In this document: positions 55,921 to 64,000 of the stretch, piece by piece
How positions within the stretch are numbered: the stretch's first letter is position 1
Layout: each line of letters opens with the position of its first letter
Source: a bacterium
GTDB taxonomy: Bacteria > UBA8248
Assembly: GCA_030922375.1 (NCBI GenBank)
Contig: JAVEPB010000113.1
Location: 9,824-73,823, forward strand
DNA: 64,000 nt
Reading direction: 5' to 3'
Notes under the pieces: model-generated
The model's database searches: none
What the model saw: the letters and a program-made list of their open reading frames with translations, nothing else
Told to the model about the DNA's origin: nothing
Translations under genes and position numbers: made by a program

Positions 55921-57051
55921 TTATTTCTTAATCAGGTTCGTTTCGTCTTCGCCGGAAGGCTCATCACCTGCGGCGGGTTGGTCCGACGAACCTCCTTGGA
56001 AAATTCCCTCTCGAATCTGATTCCAAAGACGCCAGCCGGCCTCGGTGCTTCGTTGGACAGAAAGATGCCTGTCGATTTCACCCTCAATCTTACCGGTTAA
56101 CTGCTTTTCCACCAACCGTGAAGTCGCCTTCAGGGCGTTCTTGACCGCTTTGGGGTTGCTCCGCCCGTGGCCGATAGTGCAAAGGCCGTCAAGCCCCAGC
56201 AGCGGAGCAGCGCCATACTCGGAATAATCCGTCCTTTTGCGCATGGATTTCAAGCCGTTCTGAAGGAACATATACCCGATTTTACTCCGGACAGAGTGGG
56301 TGACCTCCTCCCGGAGAAGGGTGGTGAGCATTTCGCTCAAGCTTTCGCTTACTTTCAGCGCCACATTCCCCGAGAATCCGTCGCAGACGATGACATCCAC
56401 GGAACCCTGAAAAATGGTGCTTCCTTCGACATTTCCCATGAAATTCAGGTCGCTTTTGGAGAATAGTTCGTGGGCGGACCTGATAGCATCGGTTCCTTTT
56501 GAGTCCTCGCCGCCGACATTCAGCAGGCCGACAGTCGGCTTGGTTACTTCCAGCGCAAGTTCGGAATAGATTTGGCCCATGACACCGAACTGAAAAAGAT
56601 GCTGCGCCTTGGGAACCAGATTGGCCCCGACATCGAGCATGATGCAAAAACCATTGAGAGTGGGAATCAGCGCCGCTATCGCCGGTCTCAATACCCCCTT
56701 CATTCGCCGGAGGACATGAAGAGAGACGGCAAACGCACCACCCGTATCGCCGGCGCTGAATACCGCCGACGCATCTCCTTTCTTGACCGCCTCGGCGGCC
56801 ACCCGCATCGAAGAGTTCGGTTTGGATTTAAGGGCCCGCGACGGGGACTCTCCCATTTCGATAATCTGCTCCGCACCGCGAATTTCCAGCGGGAGACCGC
56901 GGGCGCCTAGCCGGGAAAGCTCAGAATCAATCCTTTCCGGAATTCCGGTCAGAATGGTCTCGATACCCAATTCCTGGTAGGCGAGAACCGCTCCCTCGAC
57001 GACTGCCGATGGTGCGTTATCTCCGCCCATGGCATCCACTGCGATTTTCAT
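55921..57051 (-). CDS. plsX: Phosphate acyltransferase PlsX
   Basis: MKIAVDAMGGDNAP at ATG 57051. The track start 57171 overlaps rpmF. About 376 aa, with a ~40-aa acidic/Gly-rich C-terminal tail beyond the usual PlsX length. Confidence 0.9.
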   Translation of the reverse strand: MKIAVDAMGGDNAPSAVVEGAVLAYQELGIETILTGIPERIDSELSRLGARGLPLEIRGAEQIIEMGESPSRALKSKPNSSMRVAAEAVKKGDASAVFSAGDTGGAFAVSLHVLRRMKGVLRPAIAALIPTLNGFCIMLDVGANLVPKAQHLFQFGVMGQIYSELALEVTKPTVGLLNVGGEDSKGTDAIRSAHELFSKSDLNFMGNVEGSTIFQGSVDVIVCDGFSGNVALKVSESLSEMLTTLLREEVTHSVRSKIGYMFLQNGLKSMRKRTDYSEYGAAPLLGLDGLCTIGHGRSNPKAVKNALKATSRLVEKQLTGKIEGEIDRHLSVQRSTEAGWRLWNQIREGIFQGGSSDQPAAGDEPSGEDETNLIKK

Positions 57052-57074
57052 TGGTTCACCCTTGGGAAGGGCCC

Positions 57075-57257
57075 TCAGGCTTCTTTGACGGCAAGGACTT
57101 TTTGTCCTTTGTAGAAACCACAAGCCGTGCAAACGCGATGCGGCAATACAGGGGTCTCGCAGTTCGAGCACACCGATACAGCCGGCTTCGCCACCTTCCA
57201 GTGCGTTCTCCGCTTACGCCCCCGGGTCTGGGAGTGGCGAGTTTTTGGCAGTGCCAT
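57075..57257 (-). CDS. rpmF: 50S ribosomal protein L32
   Basis: MALPKTRHSQTRGRKRRTHWK...CSNCETPVLPHRVCTACGFYKG is the L32 zinc-ribbon form. 60 aa. Confidence 0.92.
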   Translation of the reverse strand: MALPKTRHSQTRGRKRRTHWKVAKPAVSVCSNCETPVLPHRVCTACGFYKGQKVLAVKEA

Positions 57258-57323
57258 TTCAAAATGCCTCCTGTAATTAAATCCTAAAAACCGGCAATCA
57301 TTTACAATTGATAGCAGTTGCTG

Positions 57324-57869
57324 TCAACTTTCGACTTTTCCCCATTCTTTCAAACCGGTCCAACGCGGATCGCCCTCTATTTCCGAGCCAACCCCCTCGC
57401 CTTCCCGGAGGCGGCGGCATAGGTCAGGGTCCTCACCCTTGCACTTATCCGGGCACTGGGGCTGCATTGGAATGGCCAAGCCTAACTGGTCCCGAAGAGG
57501 ATTCAATAGATCCACCCCGTCATTTTCAATATAGTATACTTCGAGATCCCGTTCCCCCAGTTCAACCTCATCCCCCGAGCTGGTTTCTCCGGGATAGGCG
57601 GGCTGAAAATAAACCGTCAACTCCTCTTCGACGGAAAATTTCACCTGGGCGAGCCCGAGATGGCATTCCACCAAGAAAGTACCGAACACCCGTCCACCGA
57701 AAACCGCTTCTTGGTCCCCCGTTCGCTCCAAAGTTCCTTCCAATCTCACGCCGGAGAGAGGAGGCCAGTTCCCGCCTTCCACATCCAGCAAGTCCGCCTT
57801 CACCTCAATCCCGATTTTCAACCCTTCCTCAGGGATATGGTCAAGGGGGTATTTCAGGTCATCATTCAT
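57324..57869 (-). CDS. yceD: YceD/DUF177 family protein (large-subunit rRNA accumulation protein)
   Basis: MNDDLKYPLDHIPEEGLKI... with a C-terminal CPDKCKG cysteine motif. The yceD-rpmF-plsX order is conserved. Start at ATG 57869, downstream of the predicted promoter. Confidence 0.8.
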   Translation of the reverse strand: MNDDLKYPLDHIPEEGLKIGIEVKADLLDVEGGNWPPLSGVRLEGTLERTGDQEAVFGGRVFGTFLVECHLGLAQVKFSVEEELTVYFQPAYPGETSSGDEVELGERDLEVYYIENDGVDLLNPLRDQLGLAIPMQPQCPDKCKGEDPDLCRRLREGEGVGSEIEGDPRWTGLKEWGKVES

Positions 57870-57940
57870 GATTTTTCTCCCGGATGCCACCTGGGAGCAA
57901 AAGCGGGAAAAATGCCTCCTGAGGCCGGCAAACAAAGTGG

Positions 57941-57970
57941 ACTATAGGGATCATTCCGGGGTTGTGTCAA
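57941..57970 (-). promoter_or_regulatory. Candidate sigma70 promoter for the yceD-rpmF-plsX-fab operon
   Basis: The minus strand has TTGACA (57970-57965), an 18-nt spacer, then TATAGT (57946-57941), within an AT-rich intergenic stretch. Confidence 0.45.
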
Positions 57971-58037
57971 TCTAAAATTCGGGAAATCCCTGGAGGATTC
58001 GGCATCATAAATAATTGATTTTAATCATATTACGGGT

Positions 58038-58982
58038 TCATTCCGAGAGGAGCTCAATTAGCCGCCCTTCCCGCACTCCGCCTGTGGAAACACGGAGGGA
58101 AAACTGGCCGGCCCATCTGAAGACCTCCCGGAGGACAATGAGACCGGCCAAGGCGACATCCTCACGACCCGTCTCAAAACCCGGCAAGGAGCGGCGCCCC
58201 GCCATGTCCAGGGCGGCGAATTTTCCAGACCAGTCCTCTATTTCACCCAGGCCCAGGATGGCTCCGTTGATCCCCAGATCCCCGGCGTAGCCCTCTCGGA
58301 TGAACCAGGCGAGCGCGACCGCCCCGCCACACCCGATCAGGGGGAGATCGGCCACCTCCTCCGCGACCAGGGGAACGGTCCCCAACATGGCGCGGATATC
58401 ATCGGCACAAGAAGCCACCTGCGACGCAGGGGTGGGGATATCCCGGAGATATCTCTCGGTTAGGTAGACTACCCCCGCCCGGAGGCTCGCCATCTCCGAC
58501 ACCCTTCCGCCATCGGAACGAATCAACTCGAGACTCCCACCGCCGACATCGAAAACCAGTGCCCCGGGCGGGCGCTCCTCCATCGAGGCGAGAACCCCGA
58601 TGAGAGCGAGCCGTGCCTCCTCCTCGGCAGATATCACGCGGAGCGGGATGCCCAACTCCCTCGCTCCGGCCAGGAACTCCCCGCCGTTCGATGCCTCCCT
58701 GAGAGCGCTGGTCGCCAGAGCGTCCACCCGGTCCGCCCGCATCCCTTCGATGAGCCGAGAGAACCTTTTCAGGGTTTTAAAGCCGCGAGCCATCGCGCCT
58801 TCCGAGATTCGGCCCGTCTCCTCGACCCCCTCGCCGAGACGAATCAACTCCCGCCACCTCCCCCCGGAAACGAGAGCGCCCGAGGCGTCCAGCGAGGCCG
58901 CCGCGAGTCGGGCCGCGTTTGTCCCGAGGTCGACTACCGCCGCGAGCGGGCGTGCCGGTGTGTTTTTACCGGAGTTCATCAA
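58038..58982 (-). CDS. Ppx/GppA-family phosphatase (exopolyphosphatase / pppGpp phosphohydrolase-like)
   Basis: ASKHA-fold motifs VVDLGTNAARL and VFDVGGGSLEL. 314 aa (catalytic domains only). Confidence 0.8.
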   Translation of the reverse strand: MMNSGKNTPARPLAAVVDLGTNAARLAAASLDASGALVSGGRWRELIRLGEGVEETGRISEGAMARGFKTLKRFSRLIEGMRADRVDALATSALREASNGGEFLAGARELGIPLRVISAEEEARLALIGVLASMEERPPGALVFDVGGGSLELIRSDGGRVSEMASLRAGVVYLTERYLRDIPTPASQVASCADDIRAMLGTVPLVAEEVADLPLIGCGGAVALAWFIREGYAGDLGINGAILGLGEIEDWSGKFAALDMAGRRSLPGFETGREDVALAGLIVLREVFRWAGQFSLRVSTGGVREGRLIELLSE

Positions 58983-59008
58983 GGCTGAAACCTGTTGCGG
59001 AAGGAAGG

Positions 59009-59530
59009 CTACCCGTTCCGGTAGCGTTCTTTGAGGTGTGAGTAGCTCTGTGGCGTCTTCTTGAAGCGCTCTTTTTCTTCATCGCGAAGTTCCCGCACGA
59101 ATTTCGCCGGGGTGCCCATCCAGAGGGTGCCCGGCGGGATCTCTTTTCTCTCGGGGACCAATGCCCCGGCCCCGACAACGGCGCCTTCTCCGACGATTAC
59201 ATCGTTCAACACGATCGCGCCCATGGCGATGAGGGCGCCGTCCCGAACCTCGCAGCCGTGGACAATCGCCCCATGTCCGATCGAAACATCGTCCCCCAAT
59301 GTACAGGCGCATTTTCCCCCCTCGATATGGAGGATGGACACATCCTGGACATTGGTGCGCTTGCCGATCCGGATCGGCATTTCATCGCCTCGCAATACAC
59401 AACCGTACCAAATGCTGCTTTCCTCATCGATTTCGACATCTCCGATGAGGACGGCGGTTTCGGCAATCCAGGCCGTTTCATGAACTTTGGGGAGCTTGCC
59501 TTTGTAGGGAAGATACACTTTTCGGGACAC
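59009..59530 (-). CDS. Gamma-class carbonic anhydrase-like / hexapeptide-repeat protein (YrdA/PaaY family)
   Basis: Left-handed beta-helix repeats. AWIAETAVLIGDVEIDEESSIWYGCVLRGD ... HGAIVHGCEV pattern. 173 aa. Confidence 0.8.
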   Translation of the reverse strand: MSRKVYLPYKGKLPKVHETAWIAETAVLIGDVEIDEESSIWYGCVLRGDEMPIRIGKRTNVQDVSILHIEGGKCACTLGDDVSIGHGAIVHGCEVRDGALIAMGAIVLNDVIVGEGAVVGAGALVPERKEIPPGTLWMGTPAKFVRELRDEEKERFKKTPQSYSHLKERYRNG

Positions 59531-59534
59531 CTCT

Positions 59535-60977
59535 CTAATAAACGGGTTGAGGGGAGCGGGCCGAGGCCATATCCGCGGCCCCGGCGAGAAGGGGGACGCT
59601 CCCCAGTTGGGCGATCCGGCTTTTGGCCAACCTCCTGAATTCCCGTAATCGCCGGGCCGGCACCGGGTTTCCGGCCGGAAGCCGCGCCGACAGGGGGTTC
59701 ATCGGCGTGCCGTTTCGCTTGATTCGAAAATCCAGGTGGGGCCCGGTCGAGAGACCCGTCGAGCCCACCAGGCCGATGATCTGCCCCTGGCGGATTTTCC
59801 TTCCACGGCGGGCTCTTCTCTTGATACGAGACAGGTGGAGGTAGGAGGTCGCATACCCGCGGCCGTGGCGGACCTGGACCATTTTCCCGGCGGCCCCCCG
59901 CCATCCCGAATAAGTGACCACCCCGTCCGCCACCGCGCGCACAGGGGTACCCTTGGGCGCGGCGTAGTCCACACCAAGGTGGGGCCGGAAACGCTTGAGG
60001 ACCGGGTGAAACCGTTTTCTCGTGAAACGCGAGCTGATCCTCGTGTATTTCAGGGGTGAGCGGAGAAATGCCCGGCGGAGGGTCTCGCCCTTCGGAGTGA
60101 AATAGGAATCGTTTCCGGTCCTGAAATAGATTGCCGCCTGTTCGGTTCTCCTGGTCTTGATCCGGGCCGCTAGGATTCGGCCGAATCCGGCCGGGCGGCC
60201 GGAGAGGGATCGTTTCTCGACGAGCACCTCGACCGTATCTCCCTCATTGATGTCCTTGTGAAAATCGATCACCCACTCGAATATCCCCCCAAGCTTTACA
60301 GCAAGGGAGAGAGGAACTCCGGCCCGGCTGATGGAGCCGAAAAGAGATCCCTGGACCTTCAGTTTTACGCGGACATTTTCAGTGACATAGGGAATCCGCT
60401 CCATCCTCGCCCGAAGGGCGCCTTTTTTCGTCCGGTAGACCCGCAGTTGCCGCTCATCGTCCACCTGGACCAAAAACCGGTGGACAGCTCCTTCGGATAC
60501 GGCGAGCTCGTAGCGGTTGCCCGCCCTGATGCGGGAGAGCGCGCGCACGGGCCGGCTCACGCGGAGAATCTCAATAATATTTGTGCGGGGAACTCCGTTC
60601 GCGTCGAGAACGGCATAAACGGAGTCCTGGGGCCTGAAGCGGGCGTGATGAACCGAGAGCGACGGGGAATCGGGGAGCGCATCCGCTGGCTGATACGAGC
60701 CGCGGGGCAAGGGGGAGGCGGTTTTTGCCGCCGGAGGGGCGCTTCCCTTATCTCCCGAGACATGGTGCTTTGATTCAAGGTCTTGAAGGGCCGACCAGCC
60801 CTTCTGAATGTATTGGCACCCGACTAGTAAGAGAGGAAGCCCTAAAAGCGCCGCCAGCGCCCAGGCAGAAGGGGCCGTGCAACCTCGAATTCGGTCCGGT
60901 TTCGGAGCTGTCACCCGCCCGGGGGGTGAGATCTTCTGGTCCATCGACCTTCCATTCGGTGCGCGGGCGGGGCGCAA
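59535..60977 (-). CDS. M23-family peptidoglycan metalloendopeptidase, probable lipoprotein
   Basis: Lipobox LLLVGC. M23 motifs HLGVDYAAPKGTPVRAVADGVV and GSTGLSTGPHLDFRI. The start is ambiguous (TTG 60977 or ATG 60944). Confidence 0.85.
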   Translation of the reverse strand: MRPARAPNGRSMDQKISPPGRVTAPKPDRIRGCTAPSAWALAALLGLPLLLVGCQYIQKGWSALQDLESKHHVSGDKGSAPPAAKTASPLPRGSYQPADALPDSPSLSVHHARFRPQDSVYAVLDANGVPRTNIIEILRVSRPVRALSRIRAGNRYELAVSEGAVHRFLVQVDDERQLRVYRTKKGALRARMERIPYVTENVRVKLKVQGSLFGSISRAGVPLSLAVKLGGIFEWVIDFHKDINEGDTVEVLVEKRSLSGRPAGFGRILAARIKTRRTEQAAIYFRTGNDSYFTPKGETLRRAFLRSPLKYTRISSRFTRKRFHPVLKRFRPHLGVDYAAPKGTPVRAVADGVVTYSGWRGAAGKMVQVRHGRGYATSYLHLSRIKRRARRGRKIRQGQIIGLVGSTGLSTGPHLDFRIKRNGTPMNPLSARLPAGNPVPARRLREFRRLAKSRIAQLGSVPLLAGAADMASARSPQPVY

Positions 60978-61222
60978 GAGGGTGAATTTCCTTAGAATTC
61001 ACCTAAATCTACAGCTATTAAGTTATTATTCTATCAGGAGTTATATGATCTATCAAGAAAAACATTCTGGTGAAGTCAATTTCAGGCTAAAATCGGAGGG
61101 ATTTGATGGAGAAACGATGGCGGAGACCCTCTCATAAGGGAGCCTCGAAATTCCGGAAGGATCGTCAACCCGTAAATTGTTGAATTAATGTGTATTACAA
61201 GAACAAAAGACCTCGGACCACC

Positions 61223-62473
61223 CTAAACAATCAGCGCCCGCCGGAGCACGTCGAGGGCAAACATCGGCACCCGCGACTGAATAAACTGCTCATTGCCGCC
61301 AAAGCTCCCGTCGTGGCTGAAAATTTTATCGTTCGTCGAGAGCTTGAAATAGGTCTCGCCCATCGCCGGGGCGGTGCGGCTCTTCTCGGGCTCGATGTTG
61401 GGCGGCGGGTTGGGGCCCATCACCACCAGCGCCATGTCCACCCCCGACTCCTCACGGACCTTGAGGGCCAGCGCCTCGGCAAACGCCTCGCTCCCCGGCT
61501 CCTCATCCAAAATACCAAAAAGCCCGGCAAGTTCGCCCTGGTCCATGGCGACTATCCCGCGCCGCAGAAAATCCACCCGCTCGGGCCAGGCCGTTAGCCG
61601 CTGAAGCACAGCCCCGCCCGTATTCGTCTCCACCACCGCCAGCGTCTTGCCCTTTTCGCCCAGGAGGCCAGCGACAACCCTATCCAGCGTGACCTCGCCA
61701 ACGGCATATACGGCGACCCCCAAAATATCCCGGACCTTCGCATCCAGCACGTCGATCATTTCCTCGGCTTTTTCCACGCTCTCCGCCCGCGCCGTGATCC
61801 GCACATCCACCTGCCCCGGATGCGCCAGCACCCCGATGCTCGGGTTCACCGACTCCCGGAACAGATCCCCGATCATCTGATCCACCCGGCTCTCGCCCAG
61901 CCCGCAGGTCTTGAGCACCCTTGTCCGGATCACCTCCCCCAGATCGAACTTTTCCTGAATGATTGGAATCGCCCGCTCTCCGATGATGTAGCGCATCTCA
62001 TGCGGCACCCCCGGCGCCACGATGATCAGCCCTTTCTCATCCTCACAATAAAAACAGGGCGCCGTCCCCCGCGGGTTTTCGATCACCGTCGCCCCGGCCG
62101 GAACAAACGCCTGCTTCCGGTTGTTCTCGGTCATTTTGAAACCGCGCCGGGCAAAATACTTGTCGATGTAGTCGTAGAGATCCTGCCGGAACTCGAGCTC
62201 CACCCCCATCACCCGCGCCACCCCCTCGCGCGTCATATCGTCCACCGTCGGGCCCAGCCCGCCCGAGGTGATCACCACCTGGCTCCGGTCGTGCGACTGT
62301 CCTATCGAGAACGCTATCCGGTCCAGGTTGTCGCCCACGATCGTCTTGAAATACATGTTCACGCCGACAGCCTTGAGTTGGTGCGCGATATAGGCGCTGT
62401 TCGTATCGATCAGGTCCCCCAGGAGCATCTCGGTTCCAATTGCGACAATTTCGGCTCGAATCGGCTCGGACAT
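61223..62473 (-). CDS. cinA: CinA-family protein (MoCF-binding domain + PncC-like nicotinamide-nucleotide amidase domain)
   Basis: MSEPIRAEIVAIGTEMLLGDLIDTNSAY at ATG 62473, and VVITSGGLGPTVDDMT. About 416 aa. The track start 62551 is over-extended. Confidence 0.85.
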   Translation of the reverse strand: MSEPIRAEIVAIGTEMLLGDLIDTNSAYIAHQLKAVGVNMYFKTIVGDNLDRIAFSIGQSHDRSQVVITSGGLGPTVDDMTREGVARVMGVELEFRQDLYDYIDKYFARRGFKMTENNRKQAFVPAGATVIENPRGTAPCFYCEDEKGLIIVAPGVPHEMRYIIGERAIPIIQEKFDLGEVIRTRVLKTCGLGESRVDQMIGDLFRESVNPSIGVLAHPGQVDVRITARAESVEKAEEMIDVLDAKVRDILGVAVYAVGEVTLDRVVAGLLGEKGKTLAVVETNTGGAVLQRLTAWPERVDFLRRGIVAMDQGELAGLFGILDEEPGSEAFAEALALKVREESGVDMALVVMGPNPPPNIEPEKSRTAPAMGETYFKLSTNDKIFSHDGSFGGNEQFIQSRVPMFALDVLRRALIV

Positions 62474-62575
62474 TTCAAAATCCTTATATGGATAAAGGAG
62501 GTTTCCGGGTTCAGGACGCCGCATCTTATGAAAGAGCCAGGATCGGCACAAGACCCGGCAATTGGGCGGAATCTA

Positions 62576-63355
62576 CTATTGGGAAGCGTCCAGTTTCAAT
62601 ATTCCAGGAATCTCGCCCAGGCTCCTTATTTCGAAATTTGGCGGGACCGCCCCGCCGGGAGGCGCCGCTCCCTTCGGATTCAGCCACGCACAGGGCATCC
62701 CGACGCTTTGAGGGCCCGTTACGTCCGCCTCGAAGTTGTCTCCCACAAACAAAACGCGCCCCGGATCCACACCCAGGAGCTTCGCCACTTGGAGGTAGAG
62801 CCGGGAAGCGGGTTTTCGGTAACCCACCTCCCCGGAAATCAGGGTCGCCTCCAGGTACGGCGCGATCCCGGTCCTGGTCAATAGCCGGTGCGCGGCGGAG
62901 GTGTTATCAAAATTGCTCACCAGGCCAATTTTTAATCCGGCATCCCGAATCCGGGCGAGCATCCCGAGCCGCGCGCTGTCGAATTCCGTCGATCCGATCA
63001 ACCGCTCCATATGGGTTTCCATGGCTATTTCGGCGGCCGCATCGCACTGCCCGGGCTGAATATCGGTCAGCCGCATCACGAATTTCCGGAAACGCTCCCG
63101 CGAGGTCACCTCCCGGTGCTCGGGGTCCCTGTCCCGTTCCCCCCATACTTCCTTGGAGGTCTCGATCCACAAGCGATGAAAATCCGGATACGGGGGAACG
63201 GGGTAATTTTTTTCCCGCAGGGCCTCGTAGGCATGAAACGAGGTCGTGCGCTCCGGTTTTCCGTTGATCTCCACAACAGGAACCAGATCGGTCCGAAAAT
63301 CCACCAACGTGTCGAACAGATCGAAAACCACCGCACGGAAAGTAGGGCCGGGCAC
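62576..63355 (-). CDS. HAD-superfamily hydrolase
   Basis: Motif I AVVFDLFDTLVD, motif III/IV region VLFVGDNFEADVTG. 259 aa. Confidence 0.75.
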   Translation of the reverse strand: MPGPTFRAVVFDLFDTLVDFRTDLVPVVEINGKPERTTSFHAYEALREKNYPVPPYPDFHRLWIETSKEVWGERDRDPEHREVTSRERFRKFVMRLTDIQPGQCDAAAEIAMETHMERLIGSTEFDSARLGMLARIRDAGLKIGLVSNFDNTSAAHRLLTRTGIAPYLEATLISGEVGYRKPASRLYLQVAKLLGVDPGRVLFVGDNFEADVTGPQSVGMPCAWLNPKGAAPPGGAVPPNFEIRSLGEIPGILKLDASQ

Positions 63356-63463
63356 TCTATCGCTCCTGACCTTAATGGCAAAATAAAATCATCGAGGCCA
63401 AACGGGGCCGCCCCTCAAACGGCGAACCGTTCGGAGGACGAAGATTCCGGGAGAGGGGGAGCC

Positions 63464-63970
63464 TCAGCCGACATATTCCCCGTCCATATCCATCTTTCGG
63501 TATGCGCCGGCATAAAAAAGGAGCGGGGGGCGGGCGTCTTCCTCGGCAACGATTCTCGTCACGCGGCCGACGAGGATCAGGTGATCTCCTCCCGGCAACT
63601 CTTCGTGGGTTTCGCATTCCAGATTCGCCAGGCTTCCGCTCAGGAGGGGCGCGCCGTTCTCGCCCACCTCAAAAGCAATGTCGGCGAACTGGTCCTCGGC
63701 GTCCCGCCCTTTCCCGGCGAACCAATCCGAGGCGCTTTTTTGCTCCTCGGAGAGAAAGTTGATCGCGAATCTCCGCGCGCCCTGAACCGCACTCAAAAAA
63801 CTCGCCTTGTGATCGACGCACACCAATACCAGCGGCGGATCGAGGGAGAGCGAAGAAAAGGCGTTCGCCGTCATTCCCCGCCGGAGACCGGAATTATCGG
63901 CGGTGACGACCGTCACTCCGGTCGCGAACCGCCCCAACGTATTTCGGAATTCTTTTGGATCCATGTTCAT
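63464..63970 (-). CDS. Flavin reductase-like FMN-binding (split-barrel) protein
   Basis: FRNTLGRFATGVTVVTA ... ANAFSSLSLDPPLVLVCV is the flavin reductase domain pattern. 168 aa. Confidence 0.8.
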   Translation of the reverse strand: MNMDPKEFRNTLGRFATGVTVVTADNSGLRRGMTANAFSSLSLDPPLVLVCVDHKASFLSAVQGARRFAINFLSEEQKSASDWFAGKGRDAEDQFADIAFEVGENGAPLLSGSLANLECETHEELPGGDHLILVGRVTRIVAEEDARPPLLFYAGAYRKMDMDGEYVG

Positions 63971-64000
63971 TGGTCATGCCCCCGAGCGAATGGAGAACCG

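Overview
High-GC segment (hand counts above 60% G+C in typical coding lines) of a diderm bacterial chromosome. I call 55 CDS, and 52 of them are on the minus strand. Positions 1-23.5 kb form one dense outer-membrane/LPS biogenesis supercluster. It runs msbA, three glycosyltransferases, a YcaR/Trm112-like gene, an SDR epimerase, waaC, hldC, hldA, gmhB and waaF. lptF-lptG are divergent from waaF. The cluster then continues lpxK-waaA-DUF374(LpxJ-like)-lpxB-lpxI-Gfo/Idh/MocA oxidoreductase-lpxA-fabZ-lpxD-skp-bamA. Next come clpC, lolD-lolC/E, lysS, prfB (the +1 frameshift site is visible), lnt, uvrC, uvrB, a solo HNH endonuclease and mrcA. The only accessory-looking stretch is about 39.5-46.5 kb. 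It holds an orphan CheY-type receiver and a large zinc-ribbon/class III cyclase/STAND-ATPase/TPR protein. It also holds a visibly AT-richer methyltransferase-like orphan gene sitting behind a second, diverged copy of the cyclase promoter, leader and start. A dodecin, a YbaK-like deacylase and several clusters of GTAG-headed palindromic (REP-like) repeats complete it, including a 617-bp non-coding gap made almost entirely of such repeats. The remainder is housekeeping: ftsY, smc, rnc, fabF-acpP-fabD-fabH-plsX-rpmF-yceD, ppx/gppA-like, a gamma-carbonic-anhydrase-like gene, an M23 peptidase, cinA, a HAD hydrolase and a flavin reductase. I found no rRNA, tRNA, CRISPR array, transposase, integrase or recognisable defence operon. 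I cannot support a clearly new multi-gene system. The most unusual signals are the REP-like array, the duplicated promoter/leader module flanking the low-GC gene, and the cyclase-STAND protein. Many ORF-track entries are high-GC antisense or alternate-frame artefacts. Several listed starts are over-extended and are corrected below.
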